Sequence record: PP047752
DNA: 64,000 bases
DNA from: Escherichia phage KEP2
Strand: one strand, 5' to 3'
The notes below the pieces were generated by a model. It searched no databases. It saw nothing but the letters and a program-made list of their open reading frames with translations, and was not told where the DNA came from. Shown here one piece after another: positions 33,153-42,061 of this stretch. Positions within the stretch are counted from its first letter, which is position 1. The number at the start of each line of letters is the position of its first letter. Position numbers and translations under genes: made by a program.

Positions 33153-35297
33153 ATGAACAAAGTACAAATTATTAAAAAGAATGGCTCACTTGAAGAACCG
33201 GATATCAAAAAAGTTTTAGCAGCAGTAACTAAGTCAGCTAACAGAGTTGGGTATAAAGAACTTCCACCAGATGTTACCCAAGCTCTTGAGTCAGCATTTA
33301 TGAGGATTCTAGTAAAGTCCACTAAGCAGAATAACTTACTTATCTCGGTAAATGATATCCACAGTATCGTTGAAGGTGCTTTGGCAGAAGTCAATCACGA
33401 GATTTATGAGTCTTACTCAACATACAGAAATTACCGTAAAGAGGTTGCTCAAAATTGGGATGAGCTTTACCAAAAGACCAGAGACACACTCTTCTTAGGT
33501 GACCGTGAAAATGCTAACTTTGACAGTAGTTTAATTTCTACAAAAGGTTCAATTATTCGTGGTTATCTGACTAAAGAAATCTTTAAACAGTACCATTTAA
33601 CACCAGAGGAACTTGAATCCATTGAAAAAGGGTTTATCTATATCCACGATTTAAGAGACCTGATTTTTTGTGGTATTAACTGTTGCTTGTTTGACATTGG
33701 TAAAGTACTGGAAGGTGGCTTTGAAATGTCTGGCATCGAATACTGTGAACCAAAGTCTGTACTGTCAGCCTTACAAGTTATCGGTGATGTAGTTCTTTCA
33801 GCAACTGCACAGCAATTTGGTGGATTTACTTTAGCAGAGATTGACAAGGTGCTTGTACCGTATGCTAAGAAGTCTCTACGCTATCATGCTGAGAAAGCAG
33901 CATCTTACGGTATTCCTAAAGAACATTACCATAACTATGTCATGGAGCAGCTACAGATTGAATTAACTCAAGGCTTCCAGTCACTAGAGATGAAACTAAA
34001 TACTGTACCTTGCAGCCGTGGTGATTTTGCATTCACAACTTTAACATTTGGTTTACTTGACTCAGATATGTCTAATGAAGACAACCGGCTACAATACATG
34101 ATTGCAAACACCATTCTTGATGTTCGCATGAATGGACAAGGTAAGAGTAAGAAGCCTGTTGTATTCCCTAAACTGGTTTATATTCATGACCAGAAGAGAC
34201 ACGATGAGAATATCTGTCAAGGCCAACTGTACAGTAAAGCTATTGAGTGTTGCTCTAAAGCAATGTATCCAGATTTCTTAAGCGTATCTGGTCATGGTGC
34301 TGTAGCAGAGGCTTTTGAGCGTTCTGGCAAGGTAATTTCACCGATGGGTTGCAGAGCTTTCTTATCCCCATATCTTAACGAGAATGGAGAAGAGTTCTAC
34401 GTTGGACGTGCTAACATTGGTGCTGTATCTTTGAACTTGCCAATGATTTACCAGTATTCTAAAGAGAATGGTTTAGATTTCTGGAAAGAGCTTGATAAGT
34501 ACCTAGAGATGATTCGCAGCTTCCACAAGAAACGCTACGAAATGATTGCTAATATGCCAGCAAGTTCTAACCCTCTTGCATTCACACAAGGTGGTCTGTA
34601 CAAAGGGACTAAGAAACCTACTGACAAGGTTGGTTGGGATATCGTGAAGTCCTTCACAGCTTCTTTTGGGGTTACTGCGCTTGATGAGCTGTCTGTTCTT
34701 GCTGAAGGTAAACGACTCCATGAAGTTGGAAGCTACAGTTTTGCATACGATGTTCTGGCATACATTAACATGAAAACTGAAGAGTTTAAGAATGAAGATG
34801 GCTTCTTATATGCTGTCTATGGTACTCCAGCAGAATCACTTTGCGGAACTCAGCTAAAACAGTTCAGAGATATGTTTGGCGTTATCAAAGGTGTTTCTGA
34901 TAAGGAATACTTTACAAACAGTTTCCATATGAATGTTGCAGCAGACATCTCACCATTTGAGAAGCAGGACTTAGAAGAGCCATTCTTCCATATCTGTAGA
35001 GGTGGTAGAATCCAGTATGTCAGAGTAGCTAACCCAGAAAACTTACCAGCACTTAAAAGTTGTATTACCAGAGGGATGTTGAAGGGTTTTTATCAGGGAC
35101 TTAACTTTGACTTAGCAATCTGTGAGCATTGCGGTAACAGACCAAAGGCTGATGTTGAAGAATGTGAGGTTTGCCATTCACATGATATCTCTGTGATTAA
35201 CAGGGTGTGTGGTTATCTTGGATGGACTAAGATTAAAGGTGAATCCCGAATGAACGATGCAAAAATCGCTGAGATTCGTGACAGGATTTCTATGTAA
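33153..35297 (+). CDS. nrdD: anaerobic ribonucleoside-triphosphate reductase
   Basis: C-terminal glycyl-radical motif RVCGYLG and CEHCG...CEVCHS zinc ribbon; 714 aa. Confidence 0.8.
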   Translation: MNKVQIIKKNGSLEEPDIKKVLAAVTKSANRVGYKELPPDVTQALESAFMRILVKSTKQNNLLISVNDIHSIVEGALAEVNHEIYESYSTYRNYRKEVAQNWDELYQKTRDTLFLGDRENANFDSSLISTKGSIIRGYLTKEIFKQYHLTPEELESIEKGFIYIHDLRDLIFCGINCCLFDIGKVLEGGFEMSGIEYCEPKSVLSALQVIGDVVLSATAQQFGGFTLAEIDKVLVPYAKKSLRYHAEKAASYGIPKEHYHNYVMEQLQIELTQGFQSLEMKLNTVPCSRGDFAFTTLTFGLLDSDMSNEDNRLQYMIANTILDVRMNGQGKSKKPVVFPKLVYIHDQKRHDENICQGQLYSKAIECCSKAMYPDFLSVSGHGAVAEAFERSGKVISPMGCRAFLSPYLNENGEEFYVGRANIGAVSLNLPMIYQYSKENGLDFWKELDKYLEMIRSFHKKRYEMIANMPASSNPLAFTQGGLYKGTKKPTDKVGWDIVKSFTASFGVTALDELSVLAEGKRLHEVGSYSFAYDVLAYINMKTEEFKNEDGFLYAVYGTPAESLCGTQLKQFRDMFGVIKGVSDKEYFTNSFHMNVAADISPFEKQDLEEPFFHICRGGRIQYVRVANPENLPALKSCITRGMLKGFYQGLNFDLAICEHCGNRPKADVEECEVCHSHDISVINRVCGYLGWTKIKGESRMNDAKIAEIRDRISM

Positions 35298-35359
35298 AAC
35301 TTGACAAGGTGGTGTGGGTCTTGATAGGCTTACATCACCTTTTTATTTGGAGTTGCATC

Positions 35360-35695
35360 ATGGACTTGTGGCTTTATGTAGCAGTTTGTGGGATTGTATG
35401 TCTGATAATCTTATTTATTCTTGGAATAATGAGATTTAGAGACATCATACAGTCAGATTTTTTGCCTGAGTTTGCCATGATAGTTGGGGTTATTACACTT
35501 TGTGTCTTGGCGGTGTTCTATTCATACAAAACTGTGATATGGATGGAGGCAAACAATTGTGTAAAAACTCATCAACATCGTGAAGTTACTTATTTTGTGA
35601 GTGTACTTAGTGGGAACACCACTATACTTGTCCCACAAACTTCTGTAGAGTATCTTTACACATGTGATAATGGTAAAACTATATGGTGGAATTAA
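35360..35695 (+). CDS. membrane protein
   Basis: Two predicted TM helices; ORF-track start is GTG, ATG at 35360. Confidence 0.3.
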   Translation: MDLWLYVAVCGIVCLIILFILGIMRFRDIIQSDFLPEFAMIVGVITLCVLAVFYSYKTVIWMEANNCVKTHQHREVTYFVSVLSGNTTILVPQTSVEYLYTCDNGKTIWWN

Positions 35696-35898
35696 CAATG
35701 ACAACACTCTTAAGGGTATTAGCACCCATACTACACATAGCAATCTTCTTCTTTGGAGTTAGTGTTATGGTATGGGGTTTTTCAGACCCACAATGGAGTT
35801 TCGCATATCATGGTCAGATGGATTTATGGTCATGCTTCAAACCATTTTTAGGGTTAGCTATAGCATTTAGTGCATTACCAACTAAGGTGAAATTATGA
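35683..35898 (+). CDS. small membrane protein
   Basis: Hydrophobic 71-aa ORF. Confidence 0.3.
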   Translation: MVELTMTTLLRVLAPILHIAIFFFGVSVMVWGFSDPQWSFAYHGQMDLWSCFKPFLGLAIAFSALPTKVKL

Positions 35899-36290
35899 TT
35901 AAGTTGAGCAAAAAACAGTTAGAGTGGATTAAAGATTACGCCTCAGAGTGTGGCTCTTGCGAAAAGAATCACGTAAGATACTCAACATTCCATACAACCT
36001 TCACATTGTATGTTGGCGACAACGTTCTAAGTGATTCCGTAGAAGATGGTGTAGCGTTGCCTAATGAATTGCTTGACAAATTAGCTGTAGTCACTGGAAC
36101 TTGGTCTGAAGAAGACGGTCATGAATTATCTGACGATGTTGTCTTCTACAGTCTTGAAAATATTATGAATCCAGAGTACATTATGCTAATGACTTGTGCA
36201 CAAGACTGTGTACCATTACAAAACTTCATTAAAGAGCACTGTGAAGAGTTTATTACTAAACAGGTTCCTTGTGAGGTGGTGTTTGAATGA
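35895..36290 (+). CDS. hypothetical protein
   Basis: 131-aa ORF. Confidence 0.3.
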   Translation: MIKLSKKQLEWIKDYASECGSCEKNHVRYSTFHTTFTLYVGDNVLSDSVEDGVALPNELLDKLAVVTGTWSEEDGHELSDDVVFYSLENIMNPEYIMLMTCAQDCVPLQNFIKEHCEEFITKQVPCEVVFE

Positions 36291-36586
36291 GTAAAACAAT
36301 TCGAAGAAAAGGTTTAAAGAACGTTCATGGACTCTATGAGTGGAGAAATGAGGTACGTAACAGAGAAAATGCTTCAGATGTCTACTTCCATTCTGATATG
36401 ATGTCCAGAAAAGGTGGCTATTATGACTTTACAAGTCAGCCTTGTAGAGAGATTAAGAAGGCTACTAAACGTCTTACAAGAACACAAATAAGGCAGCTTT
36501 CTAAGACATCCTTCTTAGATGAAGACTTTGACATTGATAGCAAGTCTCCAAAGAAAGCCGCTAATAGCACTTATATGTATTGGTGA
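36287..36586 (+). CDS. hypothetical protein
   Basis: 99-aa ORF. Confidence 0.3.
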   Translation: MSKTIRRKGLKNVHGLYEWRNEVRNRENASDVYFHSDMMSRKGGYYDFTSQPCREIKKATKRLTRTQIRQLSKTSFLDEDFDIDSKSPKKAANSTYMYW

Positions 36587-36595
36587 GGTAACTAG

Positions 36596-37081
36596 ATGAA
36601 TTACATGGAGATTCGACCATTTGACACAGCTAATGGTGAAGGGGTTCGTGTAAGCCTCTTCGTAGCTGGCTGTAAACATCACTGTGAAGGCTGCTTTAAC
36701 AGGGAGTCTTGGAAGTTTAATGCTGGTAAAGAGTTTACTTATGCAAACCTCTACGGCATCATTAAGTTAATGGATGATAATGCTATCAGTGGGCTGTCAA
36801 TACTTGGTGGGGAGCCTCTGGATGACAGAAACATTCAAGAGGTCACTAACATATGCAAGCGTATTAAAACTGTTTATCCAGAAAAGTCTATATGGCTTTG
36901 GACAGGTTTTCAACTGCACGAAAAAATCCACCTAGATGTGATGAAATATGTTGACGTGGTGATTGATGGTAAGTATGATTCATCTAAACCAACAGTTAAA
37001 CCATATCGTGGTTCTGATAACCAAAACCTCTGGAGAAAAGAGTATGGGTGGCAAGGCGATTGTCAATGGCGAGCAGAATGA
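36596..37081 (+). CDS. nrdG: anaerobic RNR activating enzyme (radical SAM)
   Basis: CKHHCEGC = CxxxCxxC radical-SAM cluster motif near N-terminus; ~160 aa. Confidence 0.7.
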   Translation: MNYMEIRPFDTANGEGVRVSLFVAGCKHHCEGCFNRESWKFNAGKEFTYANLYGIIKLMDDNAISGLSILGGEPLDDRNIQEVTNICKRIKTVYPEKSIWLWTGFQLHEKIHLDVMKYVDVVIDGKYDSSKPTVKPYRGSDNQNLWRKEYGWQGDCQWRAE

Positions 37082-37319
37082 TTATTCTGGTAAGTGGACT
37101 TATGACATCAACAAGTTAGATGCCTGGATTATTTATACAAGAGAAAAATTTGGTGCACATTCATTATGTGCTCTTGCAACGATTGTAAAGAATGTCACCT
37201 TTGTCATACATGAGTCAGATAAATTTGGAGACTTCTACAGGATTCAAAACATCAGAGAAGGTGTAACTCCAATAGGAATCACTGAAGAAGAACTTCATAA
37301 GTTTTGTATTAAACTTTAA
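37044..37319 (+). CDS. hypothetical protein overlapping nrdG 3' end
   Basis: Internal ATG with GGAGAAAAG SD. Confidence 0.25.
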   Translation: MGGKAIVNGEQNDYSGKWTYDINKLDAWIIYTREKFGAHSLCALATIVKNVTFVIHESDKFGDFYRIQNIREGVTPIGITEEELHKFCIKL

Positions 37320-37334
37320 TGAGAGAGACTAAAA

Positions 37335-37601
37335 ATGGGAATTTTAGGTAATATGAAGGCTGGCTTCTTGAAGGCACTGGCAAAAGCAGCAGCAATCATT
37401 TCTATGACTGGAAAGCAGGTTGGTGTAGATGCTTCAGCAGTTGCACAAGTTCTTGCAAGCCAAATTGAACAGCAGCCTTACATCTACGTAGGACGTGGAA
37501 AAGGTGGTAAAAAACAAGCACATCGACCAACTGGTGCAGCAGCAATTAAACGTGCAGCTAAGAAATCTCGTAACCGTAAACGTAACAAGAAGGCTAAATA
37601 A
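37335..37601 (+). CDS. small protein with highly basic C-terminus
   Basis: C-terminal KRAAKKSRNRKRNKKAK. Confidence 0.3.
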   Translation: MGILGNMKAGFLKALAKAAAIISMTGKQVGVDASAVAQVLASQIEQQPYIYVGRGKGGKKQAHRPTGAAAIKRAAKKSRNRKRNKKAK

Positions 37602-37603
37602 TC

Positions 37604-37924
37604 ATGAGCAAAGTTTATAACACTCGTAAATTACAGATTTTCGTACTGTGCCAGTTTATGGCTAAAGAGTATAACTACTACTATTGTGGTACAGGGTTCA
37701 TTAGTGATAATGACGGTTCATATCTACCATTCAAAGAGGCTGTAAAACTCTTCAATGAAGAGAAAAGCTCTAAGAAAGATATTGAAAAGGTTAAGCTAAC
37801 CTACAGCAAGAAAGATAAGAAGATTATCTGCCTAGATAACTTTGTAAAAGTTACTGGAGAAGCAAAAGAGTTTATGGATGAGAGTGAGATTTCATTCACA
37901 AGCATCTTGAAAGTAGCTCAGTAA
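37604..37924 (+). CDS. hypothetical protein
   Basis: 106-aa ORF. Confidence 0.3.
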   Translation: MSKVYNTRKLQIFVLCQFMAKEYNYYYCGTGFISDNDGSYLPFKEAVKLFNEEKSSKKDIEKVKLTYSKKDKKIICLDNFVKVTGEAKEFMDESEISFTSILKVAQ

Positions 37925-37934
37925 ACAGATACTA

Positions 37935-37966
37935 TAAGGGGACTGTAAAGGTTCCCTTTTTATTTT
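37935..37966 (+). terminator. intrinsic terminator
   Basis: AAGGGGAC-tgtaaag-GTTCCCTT followed by TTTATTTT. Confidence 0.5.
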
Positions 37967-37975
37967 GGAGATAAA

Positions 37976-38491
37976 ATGTATCTGTCAAACCTGAAACGTT
38001 CGGCTGCAATGTCAGTTCTAAGACTCAGCTTTGAGGAACGTCAAGAGTTCATTGACTCCCACCAATACGACCCTTCTAACTCAAATCACATGATTCTCTG
38101 GAATCGTGAGAGTACTCGTGAAAGAGCACTATTCCGCTATTATCCACACTACACTATAGATAACCTGTATGAATGTTTTGTTGTGAAGAACACCATTACA
38201 GTTCTCAATAAACTTTGCAGATACACAGGTAGTCAATCCTTCACATTAGGTCACCACAAGCCTGTTACAAAAGGTGGTGAACATCACTGCGCAAACTGGT
38301 TTATCCAAACTAAAGCTGATAACCAGAAGCAAGGAGATAGCCTTCTAAGCACTCCTAAGATGACCTATGAAGAGCAAGAGAGATATATCAAAAATAATAT
38401 GCCAGATGTGCTTGACAACAACTATACAGATTTGGCAATATCTCTCCTGTTGAAGTTTGAGACAGTTTATAGGGCAACTTACAATGGCTAA
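37976..38491 (+). CDS. HNH endonuclease-like protein
   Basis: LGHHKPVTKGGEHHCANW...N resembles HNH core (HH...GG...N). Confidence 0.5.
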   Translation: MYLSNLKRSAAMSVLRLSFEERQEFIDSHQYDPSNSNHMILWNRESTRERALFRYYPHYTIDNLYECFVVKNTITVLNKLCRYTGSQSFTLGHHKPVTKGGEHHCANWFIQTKADNQKQGDSLLSTPKMTYEEQERYIKNNMPDVLDNNYTDLAISLLLKFETVYRATYNG

Positions 38492-38762
38492 AGAGAAGTG
38501 GGAGATTCTACCATTAGTGAGTGAAGGTGGTAACGGCTGTGAGATGTACATGATACGTGGTCATGTCCCAGAACCAATTGCACTTGAGATGGTAAACAAT
38601 TTTACAGATGGCTCTTACAAAGATTTAGGAGAGCCAACTATAAAGCATCAATGGGTCAAACCTGTACCAGACAGCACAGGTAACTGTAGTGTACTTTATC
38701 ACGTTGTAGACCCTGCAAAATGCAAATCTGCAATGGCAGTAACAAACATAACCTTTGATTGA
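38457..38762 (+). CDS. hypothetical protein
   Basis: 101-aa ORF. Confidence 0.3.
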   Translation: MRQFIGQLTMAKEKWEILPLVSEGGNGCEMYMIRGHVPEPIALEMVNNFTDGSYKDLGEPTIKHQWVKPVPDSTGNCSVLYHVVDPAKCKSAMAVTNITFD

Positions 38763-38775
38763 GAGAGAGAAAACT

Positions 38776-39657
38776 ATGAAAACTGTTATTGAAGTCGTTG
38801 TCACCGCACAAGAGAAATTCTTCCACACAGAAAAATTTAATATCATCCAATTCCCATCTGGAGAAATTGGTGGAAACTTCTCTGAAGATTTTGTTAAGTT
38901 TACTGAGCGTAATGCTGGTAAGATTGACAATGTTATACTTACTGTGCAGGGATATGATAAAGATACACTGTTTGCATTAGCTTTGGCTAAGGATGCCATT
39001 GACAGCCTTGTTCCATATAAATCAGCGATGAAAACCGTTGTTTTCGGGTTCTTACCGAATGCTCGATATGACCGCCATATGTTCAAAGGCGATTCAGCAG
39101 CACTAAAAGCTTTTGCCAACCTCGTTAATGCAATGGGCTTTGATGCAGTATGTGCTCTTGACCCTCACAGTAATGTTGCAGAAAACTTATTTAAGTGCTT
39201 CCAAAGCATGAAGCAAAAAGATGTGGCAGTACACTTTGCAAGTGACCCACGCATTGATTTCTTGGTAGCCCCAGATGCAGGTGCAGCTAAGAAGACTGAA
39301 GAGACTGCTAAAGAGGTGGATAAACCATACATCACAATGTCTAAAGTACGTAACCTTAAGACTGGTGAAATTACTGGTATGCGAATCCTTGATGATGTTG
39401 ATTTGACCGATAAAACTGTCATGATTCTCGATGATATCTGTGATGGTGGTCGAACCTTCATAGAAGCAGCTAAACATCTTCGTGAAGCAGGTGCAAAACG
39501 TGTGGAACTCTATGTAACTCATGGCATTTTCTCTAAAGGTGTTGAAAACTTACTTGACAATGGTATTGACCATATCTACACTACAAACTCTTTAGGGGAA
39601 GCTAAAGACCGTGGCTTAACACATTATGCCCAAGTTACTGTAATTACCATTGATTGA
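38776..39657 (+). CDS. ribose-phosphate pyrophosphokinase (Prs) family protein; possibly ADPR-pyrophosphate synthetase
   Basis: Prs motifs: FPSGE, LPNARYDR, PRPP-binding loop MILDDICDGGRT, VTHGIFS; ORF-track start TTG re-called to ATG 38776. Confidence 0.75.
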   Translation: MKTVIEVVVTAQEKFFHTEKFNIIQFPSGEIGGNFSEDFVKFTERNAGKIDNVILTVQGYDKDTLFALALAKDAIDSLVPYKSAMKTVVFGFLPNARYDRHMFKGDSAALKAFANLVNAMGFDAVCALDPHSNVAENLFKCFQSMKQKDVAVHFASDPRIDFLVAPDAGAAKKTEETAKEVDKPYITMSKVRNLKTGEITGMRILDDVDLTDKTVMILDDICDGGRTFIEAAKHLREAGAKRVELYVTHGIFSKGVENLLDNGIDHIYTTNSLGEAKDRGLTHYAQVTVITID

Positions 39658-39666
39658 AACTTTATA

Positions 39667-39688
39667 GGGGGCTTCAAAGCCCCATTTT
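39667..39688 (+). promoter_or_regulatory. GGGGGCTTcaaAGCCCC stem-loop between Prs-like and NadV-like genes
   Basis: Same hairpin family as small-gene cassettes; interrupted T-run (ATTTTG), so attenuator or processing site rather than strong terminator. Confidence 0.35.
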
Positions 39689-39704
39689 GAGAGAGATTAA
39701 AAAG

Positions 39705-41486
39705 ATGACTAAATCACTTTATGCAGTACCAGCAGGTTTAAACGCGGATGCTTACAAATCTGGCCATATTTATCAGTATCCTAGTGCAACAGAGTACCTA
39801 ATGTTCAACCTGACACCACGTAGTGATAAATGGTTTAACAGCCCTTTAGCAATTGACGGTGTAGTTGCTTTTGGTATTCAACGTTTTGTTAAAGATTACC
39901 TGATAGACCACTGGAACGCCACCTTCTTCGAACGTGACAAAAAAGAAGCAATTGATGAAATCTTAGAAGTCATGAACGGCGTTCTGGGTAAAGATGCTAT
40001 TGGTCGAGAACATTGGGAAGCACTCCACGACTTAGGTTATCTACCAGTTGAAGTCTACGCTGTAGAAGAAGGTACAGTTGTCCCTATGCGTGTGCCAATG
40101 ATTGTCTTCCAGAACACTGTTTCAGGTTTCCATTGGGTAGCGGGGTATCTGGAAGATGCTTTCTCTGCTGAGATTTGGAAGGCTTGTACCATTGCAACTA
40201 TTGCATTGCACTACAAACGTATCTGTAAGAAGTGGGCTGACCTTACTTGTGACAACGACTTGCATTTACCTTATCAGTGCCATGACTTTGCTATGCGTGG
40301 TATGTCTGGCTTTACTGATGACGCATTTAACGCTGTAGGTCACTTAACCAGCTTTAAAGGAACTGACAGCTTCCCTGCTGTGTATACAGCTAAACGCATC
40401 TATGGACAGTCCTACCCAATCTCTGATATTGGTAGTTCTGTGCCAGCCACTGAACACTCTGTAATGTGTGCAAACATTGCTTGGGAAGGTGGTAATGAGT
40501 TAATTGAAGATGAAAGACGTTTTAAAGGTGAGTTACAAACCTTCCGTCGTTTCTTAACAGAAACTTACCCAACTGGTATTGCAAGTGTTGTTTCAGACAC
40601 TTATAACTTCTGGAGAACTGTATCAGTCATATTACCAGAACTCCGTAAAGAGATTATGGAACGTAATGGCAAACTAGTAATTCGTCCTGACTCTGGAGAC
40701 CCTGTACATATTGTCACAGGCTATAAAGCAATCCACTTAGAGTGTGCTAAAAAGGCTTATTACGAACACCTAAGCAAGCTGGAAGCCAGCGACACAATGT
40801 TGAATGCTGTTCTGAACATGAAGCTTGAAAACATCAATTATGGTATTGCTGGATGGCTATTGTCAGAAGGCTACGAAATAGTTGTTGACAGAGAAGACTT
40901 TGAAGTTGCTGATACAGTGCTGTTGAAAAATGCTTATATGGTTGGTTCTGCAAACGTTGTAACACGTCCTGTAGCGGAGATTGATGGAGCTATCAAGACA
41001 CTGTATAACATCTTTGGAGGAACTATCAACGCTAAAGGTTTTAAAGTACTGGATGAGCATATCGGACTTATTTATGGTGACTCTATCACGTTGGAACGTG
41101 CAAACGAAATACTGAAGCGTTTGTATGAAATGGGTTTTGCAAGCTCTAACGTAGTGTTTGGTGTAGGTTCTTATACTTACCAGTACATGACTCGTGACAC
41201 CTTTGCATTTGCTGTCAAAGCAACTCTTGCAAGCATTGGTGGTAAAGAGATTATGCTTGCAAAAGACCCTAAAACAGATAGCGGTGTTAAGAAGTCTGCT
41301 TTTGGTGGTGTAGCGCCCATGTGGGATGGTGATAAGCTGAAAGCTGTAGATGGCTATGGATTCCAGAGCTTTGCAGATGTGCTTGAACATCCAGCTTGTG
41401 CTTTACGTTTAGTCTTTAGTGACTCTGAGCAGTTCGGTTACACAACTCTTGGCGATATTCGAAATAATATTGACAAGCAGCTTTAA
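39705..41486 (+). CDS. nadV: nicotinamide phosphoribosyltransferase (NadV/NAMPT) family protein
   Basis: N-terminal ...NADAYKSGH... and overall size/pattern of NAMPT family; ATG with AGAGAGATTAAAAAG leader. Confidence 0.7.
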   Translation: MTKSLYAVPAGLNADAYKSGHIYQYPSATEYLMFNLTPRSDKWFNSPLAIDGVVAFGIQRFVKDYLIDHWNATFFERDKKEAIDEILEVMNGVLGKDAIGREHWEALHDLGYLPVEVYAVEEGTVVPMRVPMIVFQNTVSGFHWVAGYLEDAFSAEIWKACTIATIALHYKRICKKWADLTCDNDLHLPYQCHDFAMRGMSGFTDDAFNAVGHLTSFKGTDSFPAVYTAKRIYGQSYPISDIGSSVPATEHSVMCANIAWEGGNELIEDERRFKGELQTFRRFLTETYPTGIASVVSDTYNFWRTVSVILPELRKEIMERNGKLVIRPDSGDPVHIVTGYKAIHLECAKKAYYEHLSKLEASDTMLNAVLNMKLENINYGIAGWLLSEGYEIVVDREDFEVADTVLLKNAYMVGSANVVTRPVAEIDGAIKTLYNIFGGTINAKGFKVLDEHIGLIYGDSITLERANEILKRLYEMGFASSNVVFGVGSYTYQYMTRDTFAFAVKATLASIGGKEIMLAKDPKTDSGVKKSAFGGVAPMWDGDKLKAVDGYGFQSFADVLEHPACALRLVFSDSEQFGYTTLGDIRNNIDKQL

Positions 41487-41500
41487 AAGTATATGATAAG

Positions 41501-41525
41501 AGGCTCCTACGGGAGCCTTTTTAAT
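41501..41525 (+). terminator. intrinsic terminator
   Basis: AGGCTCC-tacg-GGAGCCT followed by TTTTTAATTT. Confidence 0.55.
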
Positions 41526-41539
41526 TTCTGGAGAAGATT

Positions 41540-41875
41540 ATGAAAATCAAAGAAATGAACATCAACATTGTCTTAGAAGAACGCTGGGAGAACATCAAGA
41601 AGCCTGAAAATGGTCATAAGTTCCTCAACAAAATCTTAGTAGCAGCTAAAGAAGAGCTGACTGGCAAGGTTGCAGCAGCAATCACAATAAAGGTGTGTGT
41701 AAAGGGTCTTCCAGACAATCACCAATTTGCACTTGACGAGTTTAAAGAAAGCTTCTACAATCCAAACAAACAGATGCTTGAAAGTAACTTTGCAGTGTCT
41801 ACAAGTATCGTCCATGACAGAAGCTTTATCCTTTACAAGAATATGAGAGGTGAGTCATGCAAGCATATTGGATAG
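41540..41875 (+). CDS. hypothetical protein
   Basis: 111-aa ORF. Confidence 0.3.
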   Translation: MKIKEMNINIVLEERWENIKKPENGHKFLNKILVAAKEELTGKVAAAITIKVCVKGLPDNHQFALDEFKESFYNPNKQMLESNFAVSTSIVHDRSFILYKNMRGESCKHIG

Positions 41876-42033
41876 AAATTTTACTGTCACTTGGTAGTGT
41901 AGCAGTGCTTGTTTACCTTCTTTGTAAGTACTTTGCAGAGAACAAAAAATGTGAATACTGCAACGGAGAGGGGTACATAAGGGCAGGTTGTTGCCCTATG
42001 TGTGGTGGTTCTGGTAAAATGTTTAATAAGTGA
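41857..42033 (+). CDS. small membrane-anchored protein with DnaJ-type zinc-finger repeats (58 aa)
   Basis: N-terminal hydrophobic helix then CEYCNGEG and CPMCGGSG (CxxCxGxG x2); below ORF-track size cut-off. Confidence 0.35.
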   Translation: MQAYWIEILLSLGSVAVLVYLLCKYFAENKKCEYCNGEGYIRAGCCPMCGGSGKMFNK

Positions 42034-42061
42034 TTTAAAAGAAAACTAAGAGGAAAGTATT

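Noticed and set aside
39667-39688. Full intrinsic terminator between prs-like and nadV-like genes
   Set aside because: Hairpin is strong but the downstream T-run is interrupted (ATTTTG); more likely a partial attenuator or RNA-processing element than an operon boundary.
39654-39704. ORF-track N-terminal extensions using TTG/GTG starts (39654 for nadV, 38755 for prs-like, 35309, 46936, 27368, 28333, 48506, 55489)
   Set aside because: Extensions run through hairpins or cassette sequence; an ATG with Shine-Dalgarno lies downstream in each case, so starts were re-called.
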